64,000 nucleotides of DNA from assembly GCA_965658895.1 (NCBI GenBank), contig CBFHUR010000004.1, positions 67,647 to 131,646 of the forward strand. The letters run 5' to 3'. Positions within the stretch are counted from its first letter, which is position 1. Each line of letters opens with the position of its first letter. The translations under genes and the position numbers were made by a program. The notes below the pieces were generated by a model. That model did not search any database. It saw nothing but the letters and a program-made list of their open reading frames with translations, and was not told the origin of the DNA. Source of the DNA: Candidatus Binatia bacterium (lineage in GTDB: Bacteria > Desulfobacterota > Binatia > UBA12015). Shown piece by piece: positions 1 through 9,754 of this stretch.

Positions 1-853
1 GAACAACGACGGCACCGCCACGTTGGTAACGGGCTCGCCTGACATCGGCGGCTCCCGGACGTCATGCGCCATGATCGCGGCCGAGGAACTCGGACTCGAG
101 GCCTCAGAGGTACGGCCCAGCGTCGCGGATACCGACACGATCGGATACACAGATGTGACCGGCGGCAGTCGCGTCACCATGGCGACCGGCCTGGCAGTCT
201 TTGAAGCCGCTCAGGATACCAAACGCCAGATTCGGGAACGCGCAGCGCGCATGTGGGAATGTCCCGAGGAAGGGATTGTCTTCGAGAACGGAAGCGCCAT
301 CCGTCCCAATGGCGAAAGTCTTTCGCTCGCCGAGGTCGCCGCAAAGTCGGGGCGCACCGGGGGACCAATCGTGGGACGAGCCACGGTCAATGCCAACCGC
401 GCCAACGGGGCTTCCTTTGCAGGGTTCCTCGTGGATGTCGAGGTCGATACCGAGACCGGCAAAGTGGCGATTTTGCGAGGAACCGTCTTTCAGGACGCAG
501 GGCGCGCCATTCACCCCTCCTATGTCGAAGGACAAATGCAGGGCGGAAGCGTTCAGGGTATCGGCTGGGGTCTGGGCGAGGAGTATATTTACAATGAGGA
601 TGGCCTGCTCGAGAATGCCAGCCTGCTCGACTACCGCGTCCCCACGGCGCTCGACGTGCCCTTGATCGAAGCAGTCATCATCGAATGCCCCAACCCCGCC
701 CACCCGCTCGGCGTGCGTGGCGTGGGCGAGGCCTCGATCGTGCCCCCGCCCGCAGCAATTGCCAACGCCGTCGCTGCGGCCACCGGGAAACGAATGCCGG
801 TGCTCCCGCTCTCGCCACCGCGTGTCCATGCGGCGCTCCAGAGCGGCAATTAA
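1..853 (+). CDS. Molybdopterin-dependent hydroxylase large subunit (xanthine dehydrogenase / CO dehydrogenase family), C-terminal fragment; the gene starts upstream of the window
   Basis: Reading frame is open from position 2, so the TTG at 23 is not a real start. C-terminal motifs HPLGVRGVGE and IVPPPAAIANAV are typical of the Mo-binding subunit of the XDH/CoxL family. Confidence 0.75.
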   Translation, partial: NNDGTATLVTGSPDIGGSRTSCAMIAAEELGLEASEVRPSVADTDTIGYTDVTGGSRVTMATGLAVFEAAQDTKRQIRERAARMWECPEEGIVFENGSAIRPNGESLSLAEVAAKSGRTGGPIVGRATVNANRANGASFAGFLVDVEVDTETGKVAILRGTVFQDAGRAIHPSYVEGQMQGGSVQGIGWGLGEEYIYNEDGLLENASLLDYRVPTALDVPLIEAVIIECPNPAHPLGVRGVGEASIVPPPAAIANAVAAATGKRMPVLPLSPPRVHAALQSGN

Positions 854-862
854 AGCCTGCAG

Positions 863-1126
863 ATGCCCTACCTCTTCCTGACAACGCCCATGCGCCGACA
901 TACCGATGGGCTGGATCGTCTCGAAGTATCAGGAGCGACCGTTCGCGCGGCCCTCGGCGAGGCCGAGGGCCGCTATCCCGGGATCACCGACGATCTTTTC
1001 GAAGGAGGCGACCTTCGCGCGGGGATTACAATCGCGATCGATGATACGGTCGTCGACCACCCGCTCGGCTTTCCCCTCAAGGAAGAGAGCGAAATCTATA
1101 TCGTGCCCGCAATGAGCGGAGGCTAA
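863..1126 (+). CDS. MoaD/ThiS-family small sulfur-carrier-like protein
   Basis: 87 aa ending in ...IVPAMSGG. The C-terminal Gly-Gly and beta-grasp-like size fit this family. It sits 10 nt after the Mo-hydroxylase gene. Confidence 0.5.
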   Translation: MPYLFLTTPMRRHTDGLDRLEVSGATVRAALGEAEGRYPGITDDLFEGGDLRAGITIAIDDTVVDHPLGFPLKEESEIYIVPAMSGG

Positions 1127-1848
1127 TGCAGGGCCAGAGAGATCCCGGCGACCAGAAGAACGCCGACCAAAGTGGCCAGAGGAACCGTGCGCGTCCCGGG
1201 AACGGCGCCAGCGACCGGCAACATCGTTGTCCCCAAATATAGAAAGACCCCGGCAAACCAGGCCAACGTCAGCCCCACCCACAAGGGGGGAATGACAACC
1301 ATGCTTTGGAGCCACCAGCCTGCGAGTGGGGCGATTGCGGTGAGAGCAATCATCACGCGGGTGGCGAGAACGCCTTGCTCTGTCCCTCGCATCACACCCG
1401 CCACGGTCACGCCGTCGGTGAATTTATGAACCAGGATCGCAATCGAGATCGTCCAACCGGCCGCTTCGCCCAGATGAAAAGCCTGCCCGATCGCCACACC
1501 ATCCACAAAACCGTGCAAGGCGATCCCGGCCGCACCCCAGAGGCCTGTCTGATGGCCGTGGGCGTGCGGCAACACCGCCTCCTCGTCATCGGCGCGAACA
1601 TTCTCGATCAGAAAAAAGGCGAAGAATCCCGCGATCACGGCAAGATAGGCGATGTGCCCCTTGCCCCCACCCTTGCCCGCCGAGAGGATCCCGACAGCAT
1701 CCGGGAGCAATAAAAGGACGGCGGCGCCGATCAAGGCCCCCGCACAAAGGGCCAAAACCCAGGCCCGCCAGGCATCCAGCCGGAGGGCGACCAGCCCTCC
1801 GCACAGGGCGACGGTTCCGGCCAGAATCGCAAATAGCGGCGCTTCCAT
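1123..1848 (-). CDS. ZIP family divalent metal (Zn) transporter, ZupT-like
   Basis: 241 aa with multiple TM segments and the His-rich signature helices HGFVDGVAIG and HKFTDGVTVAG characteristic of ZIP/ZupT. Confidence 0.8.
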   Translation of the reverse strand: MEAPLFAILAGTVALCGGLVALRLDAWRAWVLALCAGALIGAAVLLLLPDAVGILSAGKGGGKGHIAYLAVIAGFFAFFLIENVRADDEEAVLPHAHGHQTGLWGAAGIALHGFVDGVAIGQAFHLGEAAGWTISIAILVHKFTDGVTVAGVMRGTEQGVLATRVMIALTAIAPLAGWWLQSMVVIPPLWVGLTLAWFAGVFLYLGTTMLPVAGAVPGTRTVPLATLVGVLLVAGISLALH

Positions 1849-1899
1849 GGAGACCTAGGTACCGACTTGACCCCGCGCTGTCACATCCATGCCAATGGA

Positions 1900-3666
1900 C
1901 TAGGGGGAATCGGCCAGAAAACGGTGCGCGGCCTCCCGGACCTCGGGGTGATCCACGAGGCCATGGTCCAGATCCGGCCACTCCCGAAGAAGCGACTGCT
2001 CTCCGCTCCAGCGATGCGGACCGTCGGGTTGCATGCCCAGCGCCTCGGCGAGCCGGTAGGTCTGCCGCGGCGCGAGAATACCGTCCTGCCCCGCACTCAG
2101 GATCAGCAAACGACCCGGCCCCGCAGCACGAGCGGCGTAGTCGGCCGGATCAGCACCAAGCGCGGCCACCTGCCAGGACCATCGAATATGCCGACCAACG
2201 CTTTCCAGGGAGGTATTGACCAGGCACGCACCCGATCCCGCGCAAAGACCATGCCCCAGGCAACTCCGACCATGGTCCTCCCCCCCGGCGCAGGTGACCA
2301 ACGGAATGCCGGTGGCGCGAACCGCCGGCAACGACAACCAATCTGCAAGATCAGCAGCAGGCGCAACCAGCACCATCCGATCCAGATCCGGTTCGGCCGC
2401 ACGCACCAGAACTCCGGTCATCCCGCCAAGGGAGTATCCAAGATAATGAAAGGATCCCGGCACCAACCGTCGGCCCGGAGCCAGAGCGACGCCACAACGA
2501 CGGATCTGGCGCATCGCGGCCATCACATCGAGAGCCCCTTGCTGCAGGATTTCGGCGAGTGCCAGAGGCTTGTCGGCCGCCAGATAAGGTTGCGTGCTCC
2601 GGCGCTGTCCGTGCCGAGGAAGTTCCACGGCAACCACACCCAGACCGCGGTCCAACAACGGCTGTGCCTGATCTGCGAAAAAGCGGGCCATACTCCCATT
2701 GAGACCATCGACCAGGAAGACCAGATCCGGCTTTTCGGGAAGAGGTTCGGGCAGGGCCATCATGAAGGGAAGCCATTGCGTCTCGCCATCCGCTGCCCGC
2801 GCCGCGAAACGCCCGCGGAAACGATACCGCCCCGGCGCCGCTCGGTCGGAACGAAGTTTGACGACCTCACACGGCAGCCCGTCGAGGGCCTGCCGCGCGG
2901 CCTGCAGCCGGGCGATCCGATCGTCGACCACGAGCAGAGGTTCACGTCCACCTGGCTCGCCCGGAACAAAGGCCGCACGGACCGCGGGCAGCATCGCTGC
3001 CGACACCGGTTGGGCCAAAACCGCACGGACACCTGCCAGAGCGGGACTCCCTCCGGCCGCAGCCGCCTGCGACTCCAATCGCCCGAGAAGCCGCCGGGCG
3101 GCGGTCCGGGTCGAGGACGGCAAGGACGACGGCAGGCTCTCCTGCAAGGAGGTCGCAACCGCCTCGGCCACCTCCGGCGAGGACGCCGGGCCCACCTGCA
3201 GGGCAACCACCGGGAGGCCCTCGAGAAGCACCTCATACGACGTGCCCGGACTCAGAGCCCGCAGCGGTTCGAGATGCACCACACGGCCATCACCCAGCAG
3301 TCGCAGGCGCGCCGGAATCGCGCCCGCCGGCAACTCGGTTTGCTGCCGAAGAACCATTTCCTCGACCAGCACGTGGGAAAGGCGCTGCCCCAGCGCGTCC
3401 GCCCGCGGCTCCGTGCGCAAGGCGGTCGCGGCCGCCTCGTTGGCGCCCAGGGCGGCGAGACAAGCATCTCCTGCAGCCGCCGCCCGACAAACCTCGAGAG
3501 CCGCTGGGTCCAGCGAAGCGCTCGCAAACGCCTGATTGACTGCCGTCAGGTCGTCCTGCAACCCGCGCAAGTCTCCGGCATTCGCCCGGCCAGCTGGCAA
3601 GACCATCAGACAAAAGAGAACGAACATTCGCCCGTAGGCGAACCGATCGGATCGAGGAGCCGGCAT
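1900..3666 (-). CDS. Secreted alpha/beta-hydrolase-fold protein (N-terminal unknown domain plus esterase/lipase-like domain)
   Basis: GYSLGG nucleophile elbow (GxSxG). Signal-peptide-like N-terminus MPAPRSDRFAYGRMFVLFCLMVLPAGRANA. Strong SD (GGAGGAGG) lies 6-13 nt upstream of the ATG at 3666 on the minus strand. The longer ORF start at 3807 is less likely. Confidence 0.65.
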   Translation of the reverse strand: MPAPRSDRFAYGRMFVLFCLMVLPAGRANAGDLRGLQDDLTAVNQAFASASLDPAALEVCRAAAAGDACLAALGANEAAATALRTEPRADALGQRLSHVLVEEMVLRQQTELPAGAIPARLRLLGDGRVVHLEPLRALSPGTSYEVLLEGLPVVALQVGPASSPEVAEAVATSLQESLPSSLPSSTRTAARRLLGRLESQAAAAGGSPALAGVRAVLAQPVSAAMLPAVRAAFVPGEPGGREPLLVVDDRIARLQAARQALDGLPCEVVKLRSDRAAPGRYRFRGRFAARAADGETQWLPFMMALPEPLPEKPDLVFLVDGLNGSMARFFADQAQPLLDRGLGVVAVELPRHGQRRSTQPYLAADKPLALAEILQQGALDVMAAMRQIRRCGVALAPGRRLVPGSFHYLGYSLGGMTGVLVRAAEPDLDRMVLVAPAADLADWLSLPAVRATGIPLVTCAGGEDHGRSCLGHGLCAGSGACLVNTSLESVGRHIRWSWQVAALGADPADYAARAAGPGRLLILSAGQDGILAPRQTYRLAEALGMQPDGPHRWSGEQSLLREWPDLDHGLVDHPEVREAAHRFLADSP

Positions 3667-3882
3667 GCCCCCTCCTCCTACTGCGCGAGAACGACCGTTG
3701 CAAAGCAAGCACTCCTCGTGAGACAAGACCATCCAGAGAGGCCTTGCGAGGCATCTGACCAGCAAAAGGCAACCAAGTTCAATGGAATCCGATTCTTTTC
3801 GCAGCACCGAGACCGTTACGCATCCGCTGCCCGGAGCGGGCGAAGGAAACCATTCCGGACTTTCCCAAAATCATCCGGAGGA

Positions 3883-4311
3883 ATGCTGATGAATCCCTCG
3901 ACACTGACCGCGGATACCATGCGCGAGCTAGCGCTCTCGCAACCAGACGACTGGACCACACGAATCATTTCCATCACGGTCTGCGTGGCCCTGCTGGGAA
4001 CCGTCTTGTGGCTGGTTCACCGCGGCCGTCTCCGCGAGGAATATTCGCCGATCTGGATCCTGGTCTCGACGGGGATGCTCGTGGTCACGGCATCGCTGGA
4101 CATCCTGCGCCAACTCACCGAAGCCATCGGCGCCTGGACGCCGAGTTCGACCTTGTTCTTCTTCGGCCTGCTCTTCCTTCTGATCCTTTCTCTGAACTAT
4201 GCGGTACGACTCTCGGGCATGAGCTTGCAGATCAAGCTTCTGGCACAGGAGGTAGCCCTGCTGCGCCAGAAAAGCTCTGCAGGCAACCCGGAAGGGGATG
4301 CAGGGGACTGA
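3883..4311 (+). CDS. DUF2304-like small membrane protein (3 TM plus C-terminal coiled segment)
   Basis: Only the last 143 aa of the 814-aa six-frame ORF look protein-like (MLMNPSTLTADTMRELALS...LQIKLLAQEVALLRQ). The upstream part is an R/P-rich antisense artefact. The stop TGA 4309-4311 overlaps the ATG of the next gene. Confidence 0.5.
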   Translation: MLMNPSTLTADTMRELALSQPDDWTTRIISITVCVALLGTVLWLVHRGRLREEYSPIWILVSTGMLVVTASLDILRQLTEAIGAWTPSSTLFFFGLLFLLILSLNYAVRLSGMSLQIKLLAQEVALLRQKSSAGNPEGDAGD

Positions 4312-6587
4312 TGTTCTCCCCCCGCAAACAATCCGGCGACGAAAGACGCGTGGCGCGTCCGCGTGGCCGGAGATCCACCGGTGTCCGCCTTCGCGGAGTC
4401 TCCGGCAGCCGCCCGAGCAACATTGCCATGCTCTGCGGAACTCTTCTTTGCCTTGCCGCACTCATGCCGACCCACCCCGCAGGAGCCGCCAGTCCGCCGG
4501 CGTTTGACCTGGTCGCACTCGTTGCCGACGACCCCGGCGCCGCAGCAGGCGTCGATGCGGTGATGCGAGGAGCTCATGGACAGACGCGGACAGCGGTGCG
4601 CATGAAAATCCCGGCAGCCGCAAGCTACCCGGTCACCATACCACCGCGAGCATTTCTGAAATTTGGGTTGAGCGCATCTGCGCTGGTCTTCGCTGTGGAA
4701 TCTCCGGAGCTCGCACAGCCGGTAACCGCATCCGTGTTCTTCGCCGACGAAGCCGGTCGAGAAAAACTCTACCAGCGTCGAATCGACCTGAAGAATCGCC
4801 CCACCGATCGGACATGGTTTGAAGAAAAAGTGGATCTGGCAGCACTGGCTGGTCGAACCGGGACCCTGCAATTCGAGACCACGTCCGAGATAATCGACGA
4901 GGCCGAGATCACTCTCGTCTACTGGAGCACCCCGCGGATCACCGAGGCGACCGCCTCGGCGAAGGCTCCGAACCTCCTCTTTATCACCATCGACTGCCTG
5001 CGTGCGGACCACGTCGGAGCCTACGGGTACCCGCACCCGACAACGCCCAACATCGATGCCCTCTCGGCCAAGGGACTGCGCTTTGCCAATGCCTACGCGA
5101 ATGCGCCCATGACGCTACCGTCGATCCCGCAGATCTTCACCTCTCAGCTCTTTCCCAGCCGCGACGAACCCCTGCTGACGGCCCCCTTCAGCAACGCGGG
5201 CATTCCCAGTGCCGCGTTTGTCAACAACGCCTGGATCCCCTTATGGCTGAGTCAGGGCGCCCATGCCGAACCACCGGGCACCTTCGACCAGATCATCAGC
5301 GGCAGCCTGGACGCCCGCGCGATCACCGACCGCGCGCTGGCCTGGCTGGGTGATAATGATCAAAACCGCTTTGCCCTCTATCTGCATTTCCTCGATGCAC
5401 ATACTCCCTACAGGCCCCCGGCCCGCTGGCGCGAAATCTTTGTCGATCCGAAATATCGGGGTCCGGTGGGAGACACCTTCCACGACGACAAGGGCGCCGC
5501 TGCGGGAAAGTACAACGCCAAGGACCAGAAGAAAATCATCGCCCTCTACGACGCGGGCATCCGTTACGTGGATGCGCAGATCCAGAGAATCCTCGAGAAA
5601 CTGAAAAGCGATCATGCCTTTGACAATACGCTGATTGTCATTTCGGCCGACCATGGCGAAGAACTCTGGGATCACGGCAGCTTTTTCCACGGCCAGAGCC
5701 TCTACGAGGAACTCCTCCATATTCCCCTGATTGTAAAACTTCCCGATAGTGTCGATGCCGGGCGTGTCGTGGAGCGAACGGTTCAGGGCATTGACCTGGC
5801 CCCCTCCATCCTCGACTGGATGAACCTGCCCTCACCCGACCAATTCCAGGGCGAAAAACTCGGCAACACACTCGACAAGGAACCCAGCGATTTCATTGCC
5901 ACCGCAACCCAGGCCCAATTCCCGACGCGGTACGCGATTCGCCGCGGGCAAACCAAATTGGTCGAGAGCCTGGATCAGGCTGAAGTTCAGGGCTTTCAAC
6001 TGGACACGGACCCGGGGGAGGCAAACGCCGAATCCCCGCAAGATCCATCCGCGGCCCACCTGATGGCAGAGCTGCGCGCGGCGCGCCGTATCCTGCGCGA
6101 GAGAGGATTTCAGGCAGAGGTCGCGGCGGCCGGCAGCGCCGAGGTTGTGCTCGAAATGAGCAGTGCTCCGGTATCCGGAACTTTTCTGACTCTCGACCGC
6201 CGCGGCGAACGAGGTATCCTGCGCCTGTCGCCCGACGGGCGAAAACTCGCCATCGAGGGCCCAGCCAGCGGCTTCGGTTTCCGCTTCGACAGACTCAAGG
6301 ACTCCAACAACCTCGGCACGAGGGATCTGATCGCCGTGGCCTCCGCCTCATCGGCGGAGGCTCCTCTCGAGATCCTCCTCGGCGTGAACGGAAAACGTCC
6401 GGACGCAAACACTTTCAACTTGAACGACCCGGAACTCGAGAGCACCAGCCCGCCAACCTGCAAACCTCCCGCCAAGGGCGTACGCGTTTGCCTCTGGCAC
6501 TACCCGGGCGAGAAAGTCAGTGCCCTGCCGGAGATCAAGGATCCGGCTCTGCGCGAACGTCTGCGCGCGCTTGGCTACATCCAATGA
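4311..6587 (+). CDS. Sulfatase-fold (alkaline-phosphatase superfamily) protein lacking the fGly CxPxR motif; likely phospho-substituent transferase/hydrolase, secreted
   Basis: Motifs LLFITIDCLRADHVGAYGYP and ISADHGEELWDHGSFFHGQSLYEE are typical of the sulfatase/LtaS/EptA fold. A signal-like segment MLCGTLLCLAALMPTHPAGAA starts at 4428, which is an alternative start. There is an N-terminal domain of about 250 aa of unknown function. Confidence 0.75.
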   Translation: MFSPRKQSGDERRVARPRGRRSTGVRLRGVSGSRPSNIAMLCGTLLCLAALMPTHPAGAASPPAFDLVALVADDPGAAAGVDAVMRGAHGQTRTAVRMKIPAAASYPVTIPPRAFLKFGLSASALVFAVESPELAQPVTASVFFADEAGREKLYQRRIDLKNRPTDRTWFEEKVDLAALAGRTGTLQFETTSEIIDEAEITLVYWSTPRITEATASAKAPNLLFITIDCLRADHVGAYGYPHPTTPNIDALSAKGLRFANAYANAPMTLPSIPQIFTSQLFPSRDEPLLTAPFSNAGIPSAAFVNNAWIPLWLSQGAHAEPPGTFDQIISGSLDARAITDRALAWLGDNDQNRFALYLHFLDAHTPYRPPARWREIFVDPKYRGPVGDTFHDDKGAAAGKYNAKDQKKIIALYDAGIRYVDAQIQRILEKLKSDHAFDNTLIVISADHGEELWDHGSFFHGQSLYEELLHIPLIVKLPDSVDAGRVVERTVQGIDLAPSILDWMNLPSPDQFQGEKLGNTLDKEPSDFIATATQAQFPTRYAIRRGQTKLVESLDQAEVQGFQLDTDPGEANAESPQDPSAAHLMAELRAARRILRERGFQAEVAAAGSAEVVLEMSSAPVSGTFLTLDRRGERGILRLSPDGRKLAIEGPASGFGFRFDRLKDSNNLGTRDLIAVASASSAEAPLEILLGVNGKRPDANTFNLNDPELESTSPPTCKPPAKGVRVCLWHYPGEKVSALPEIKDPALRERLRALGYIQ

Positions 6588-7639
6588 GTTCACCGGAACC
6601 AAAACGCAGCGGAGAAATCCACGGTCCTCCTGCCCGACTCCCGCGGCTTGCCATGGCAGCGCTCGGGGTTTTCCTCACGCTCGTCCTGGGCGAAGCGATC
6701 GCGCGGATCGAGGGCCCCCGGGTCTGCTTCAGCGATGAGAATTATCTTCTACAACCCGATTCGACTCTGGGCTGGACCTTTCGCCCGGGCCTGACGCTCA
6801 CGCTTGACCCCTGCGACGGGCAGGCCTGGAGCGCCCCGGTCACCATCAATGCCGACGGCCTCGCGGATCAGGAATGGCCCGCCAGCAAACGACAAGGCGA
6901 GACCCGCGTGCTGCTGATCGGCGGCCAGATCGCCGACGGCGTCGGTGTCGCCCGAAGCGATCGGCTCTCGGTGCGCCTCGCGCACCTTGCCGATCAGCGA
7001 CGGGGACAGCGCGTCTCGGTCATCAACGGGCAGATTCCCGGCTACAGCATCGCACGGCAGGAAAACTTCCTCGAGAAACGAGGTCTGAGCTACGAGCCCG
7101 ACATCGTCGTGGCCGTTCTGGACCCGATCGGCGGACCGCGCGACGAAGGCACGGTTGCTTTGGCGCAAACGCTGCCTCCGGCCAGTGGCCTGCTCAGTGG
7201 CTCTGCCCTCCATGCGTGGTGGACAGGCCGGCCCGGGACCGACAAGGACACCTCGGCCCGATTATTCCCGCCGCCGGGGAATCGCCATCCGCAGGAACTC
7301 GCCGCAGCCCGCGACCAGATCCGCGCGGGGATGGAAAACCTGGCCGAACAGGCCCGCCAAGCTGGCGCCGGATTCGCCATTCTGGTCGCGCCGCCATGTC
7401 CCGAGGAGCCCTACCCCACCAACCTGTGCGAAGATTTGAAAAGCATCGCGCCCTGCATGGACATCGGGGGATCCTTTGCGAGCATTCGCGAGAACGCCAC
7501 CAAGCCTCCCGAGCTTTGCATCGACGGGCTCGGGCGATGGGGGCGCGATGGCCACTTTCTGGCCAGCCATGCCCTCTGGACCCTTCTCGAGTCTGCGTCC
7601 CTCTGGCCGTCGGGCGTGGTGCGGGGGTATCGACTTTGA
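6584..7639 (+). CDS. Membrane-anchored hypothetical protein, possible SGNH/AlgJ-DltD-like partner of the downstream MBOAT
   Basis: ATG at 6584 overlaps the upstream stop (ATGA). It has an N-terminal TM anchor (LAMAALGVFLTLVLG), a block RVLLIGGQIADGVGV and a C-terminal DGHFLASHA resembling SGNH blocks I and V. Similarity is weak, so this is a context-based call. Confidence 0.45.
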   Translation: MSSPEPKRSGEIHGPPARLPRLAMAALGVFLTLVLGEAIARIEGPRVCFSDENYLLQPDSTLGWTFRPGLTLTLDPCDGQAWSAPVTINADGLADQEWPASKRQGETRVLLIGGQIADGVGVARSDRLSVRLAHLADQRRGQRVSVINGQIPGYSIARQENFLEKRGLSYEPDIVVAVLDPIGGPRDEGTVALAQTLPPASGLLSGSALHAWWTGRPGTDKDTSARLFPPPGNRHPQELAAARDQIRAGMENLAEQARQAGAGFAILVAPPCPEEPYPTNLCEDLKSIAPCMDIGGSFASIRENATKPPELCIDGLGRWGRDGHFLASHALWTLLESASLWPSGVVRGYRL

Positions 7640-7659
7640 CCGCCGAGCTTCAGGTCTGG

Positions 7660-8952
7660 ATGGATGGCCAGCTAGAGGACCTCCTGACCGGCATCTGGGA
7701 AACTCGCCACAGCCTTTTCGCGCGTTTCGCTCTCTATGGCGCGATTTTGGCCTCCCTGGGGCTGGTCCTGGCGCCGTTGCCCCAACGCTGGCGTGAGTGG
7801 GGGGTTGTGACCCTCTCGGTGGCGGCCCTCTACCTGCTGGGCTCCGCAGCGATGACCCTGAGTGCGGTGGGATTTTCCGCAGCGCTCTGGCTGGCGATCG
7901 AAAGACTTCCGGGCCGCGGCGGCACTTGGGTCTGCTGGATGCTGGTGTTGGCGCTGGCGGCCTATCCCTGGTTGCTGCCCGCCGAGTTTCTGGTCGGGAA
8001 CACCAGCCAGATGCGCGAGTTCTGGGCCTTTGCCAGCAACGTCTGGCTGCTGCGCTGCATCGCCTACCTGGTCGATCGACGATCTGGCAGCGTCGAATCT
8101 CGCTCTCTCCGAGAATTCCTTCTCGCGACTCTTTTCTTCCCCACGTTCGTCAACGGTCCGATCGAGACCACAGAACAGATGCGCGAGGGGAGAGGCCATG
8201 GTCCCGCAGTCGCGCATTGGGCCGAGTTCGCCAGCTATCTGAAAACGCTGGGAGCGAGCGCCCTGCGGTTTTCTCTCGGGGTCGCCAAGGTGCTCTTTGC
8301 CACCCTCTATCTGGGCATCGACAACGATACGATCTTTGCGACCAGCGGTTCGGTCTTCAGCCATCCCCGTCTCTGGCTGTGGCCCATCGAGCTGTATTTT
8401 ACGTTCTACATCACGTTTTCCGGATGGACCGATATCTCGATTGCCCTCGGCCGCGTGCTCGGATGGAACCTGATCGAAAATTTTGATCGGCCCTGGGAAT
8501 CGCGCTCGGTCGCGGAGTTCTGGCGCCGCTGGCATATCTCGTTTGGCATCTGGCTGCGCAATTACATCTACATTCCCTTGGGCGGAAACCGTCGCCACCC
8601 GAACCTCAACGTGCAGGCGACCTTTCTTGTCAGCGGTCTCTGGCACGTCTGGGGCGCCTTGAAGGCACTCGGAATTTCGGGCTACCCGCCCGAGGCCTGG
8701 CTGGGGTTTATTCTCTGGGGCCTGCTTAACGGCAGTGCCGTGGGGGCCGCCCGCCTGTGGAACAATGCTCAGGTCTTCGACCTCTGGCGTGAGCGCTTGC
8801 GTACAAGCCTGCCGGCGAGCCTCCGCCATCGTGCCGCGCAAGCCATGGCGTTCGGATTTGTCGCCCTTGCCTGGATCCCCTTTTTCCTGCCACCCTGGAT
8901 CGGTCTCCAGAACTGCTGGCACATTTTGCGCCGTATGGTTTTCCTCGGATGA
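7660..8952 (+). CDS. MBOAT family membrane-bound O-acyltransferase (AlgI/DltB-like)
   Basis: Signature FWRRWHISFGIWLRNYIYIPLGG with the conserved His, in a multi-TM protein. An alternative TTG start at 7636 overlaps the upstream stop. Confidence 0.8.
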   Translation: MDGQLEDLLTGIWETRHSLFARFALYGAILASLGLVLAPLPQRWREWGVVTLSVAALYLLGSAAMTLSAVGFSAALWLAIERLPGRGGTWVCWMLVLALAAYPWLLPAEFLVGNTSQMREFWAFASNVWLLRCIAYLVDRRSGSVESRSLREFLLATLFFPTFVNGPIETTEQMREGRGHGPAVAHWAEFASYLKTLGASALRFSLGVAKVLFATLYLGIDNDTIFATSGSVFSHPRLWLWPIELYFTFYITFSGWTDISIALGRVLGWNLIENFDRPWESRSVAEFWRRWHISFGIWLRNYIYIPLGGNRRHPNLNVQATFLVSGLWHVWGALKALGISGYPPEAWLGFILWGLLNGSAVGAARLWNNAQVFDLWRERLRTSLPASLRHRAAQAMAFGFVALAWIPFFLPPWIGLQNCWHILRRMVFLG

Positions 8953-9710
8953 GCACGGACAATTCGGATAATTTCCACGCGCAGCAACGAAAGTATTTCG
9001 AAGCCGCGGATGAGACCCACTTCGCCTGGCAAACCGGCGATACGCCTTTCGCCATCCGCGAGCGCGAACTGATCGGCAACCTCCTCGACGGGAGCAAAGC
9101 CCCCCTGCTCGAAGTCGGAGCTGGCGAGGGAGGCAATCTCTTCCATCTCGTGGACCGATATCCCGGTTCCGAGCCATGCGTTGGCCTCGACGCCTTTTTG
9201 CCGAAACTGCAATTTGCGGCGAGCCACGTCGAGAAGGCACTCTGGACGTCGGCCGATGCCGGGGCCCAGCCTTTCGCGGACGCCACCTTCGAGACAGTCT
9301 TGATCCGCGACGTTCTGCACCATCTCGAGGATCCGGCGGGCACCTTGCAGGAAAGTCTCCGCGTCCTGCGACCCGGCGGCACCTTTGTTCTGCTCGAGCC
9401 CAATGCGCACAACCCGCTGATCCGCCTCCAGATGGCCCTGGTGGCCGCCGAGCGCGGAGCGGCGCGATCCACACGAGCCTGGCTGGAAGACCAACTCGAC
9501 CGCCTTCCGCTGCAGGGGATCCGCATTGAGCCAGCGGCGCCCTTTCCGCTGGATCGAGTCGTCTTCCATCCCCAATTCGGCTGGCCTTCGCTGGCCCGAA
9601 ACGCCACCGTCCAGAAAACTCTGGCGAGTCTCGAGACTCTCGCGGGACGAGCATTGGGGCCGCGCCGTTGGTCTTATTGGACGATTCGGGCCACCAAATG
9701 CGGCGGATGA
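8949..9710 (+). CDS. Class I SAM-dependent methyltransferase
   Basis: Motif I LEVGAGEGGN, a FVLLEP post-I region and Rossmann-fold size. The ATGA overlaps the MBOAT stop. Confidence 0.8.
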   Translation: MSTDNSDNFHAQQRKYFEAADETHFAWQTGDTPFAIRERELIGNLLDGSKAPLLEVGAGEGGNLFHLVDRYPGSEPCVGLDAFLPKLQFAASHVEKALWTSADAGAQPFADATFETVLIRDVLHHLEDPAGTLQESLRVLRPGGTFVLLEPNAHNPLIRLQMALVAAERGAARSTRAWLEDQLDRLPLQGIRIEPAAPFPLDRVVFHPQFGWPSLARNATVQKTLASLETLAGRALGPRRWSYWTIRATKCGG

Positions 9711-9754
9711 CCCCCTAGACCACTAGCGGCGGTTATGAGAGAAAAGGCGTCAGT

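Noticed and set aside
1867-3882. Upstream roughly 670 aa of the 814-aa plus-strand ORF overlapping the alpha/beta hydrolase gene
   Set aside because: The translation is Arg/Pro/Gly-rich and low-complexity, with no domain-like blocks and no RBS. It is the mirror frame of a well-supported minus-strand gene. Only the last 143 aa (3883-4311) look like a real protein.
7672-9654. 660-aa minus-strand ORF antisense to MBOAT and methyltransferase genes
   Set aside because: Its composition is R/G/P-rich and it is entirely antisense to two genes with clear family signatures. This is a typical high-GC shadow ORF.
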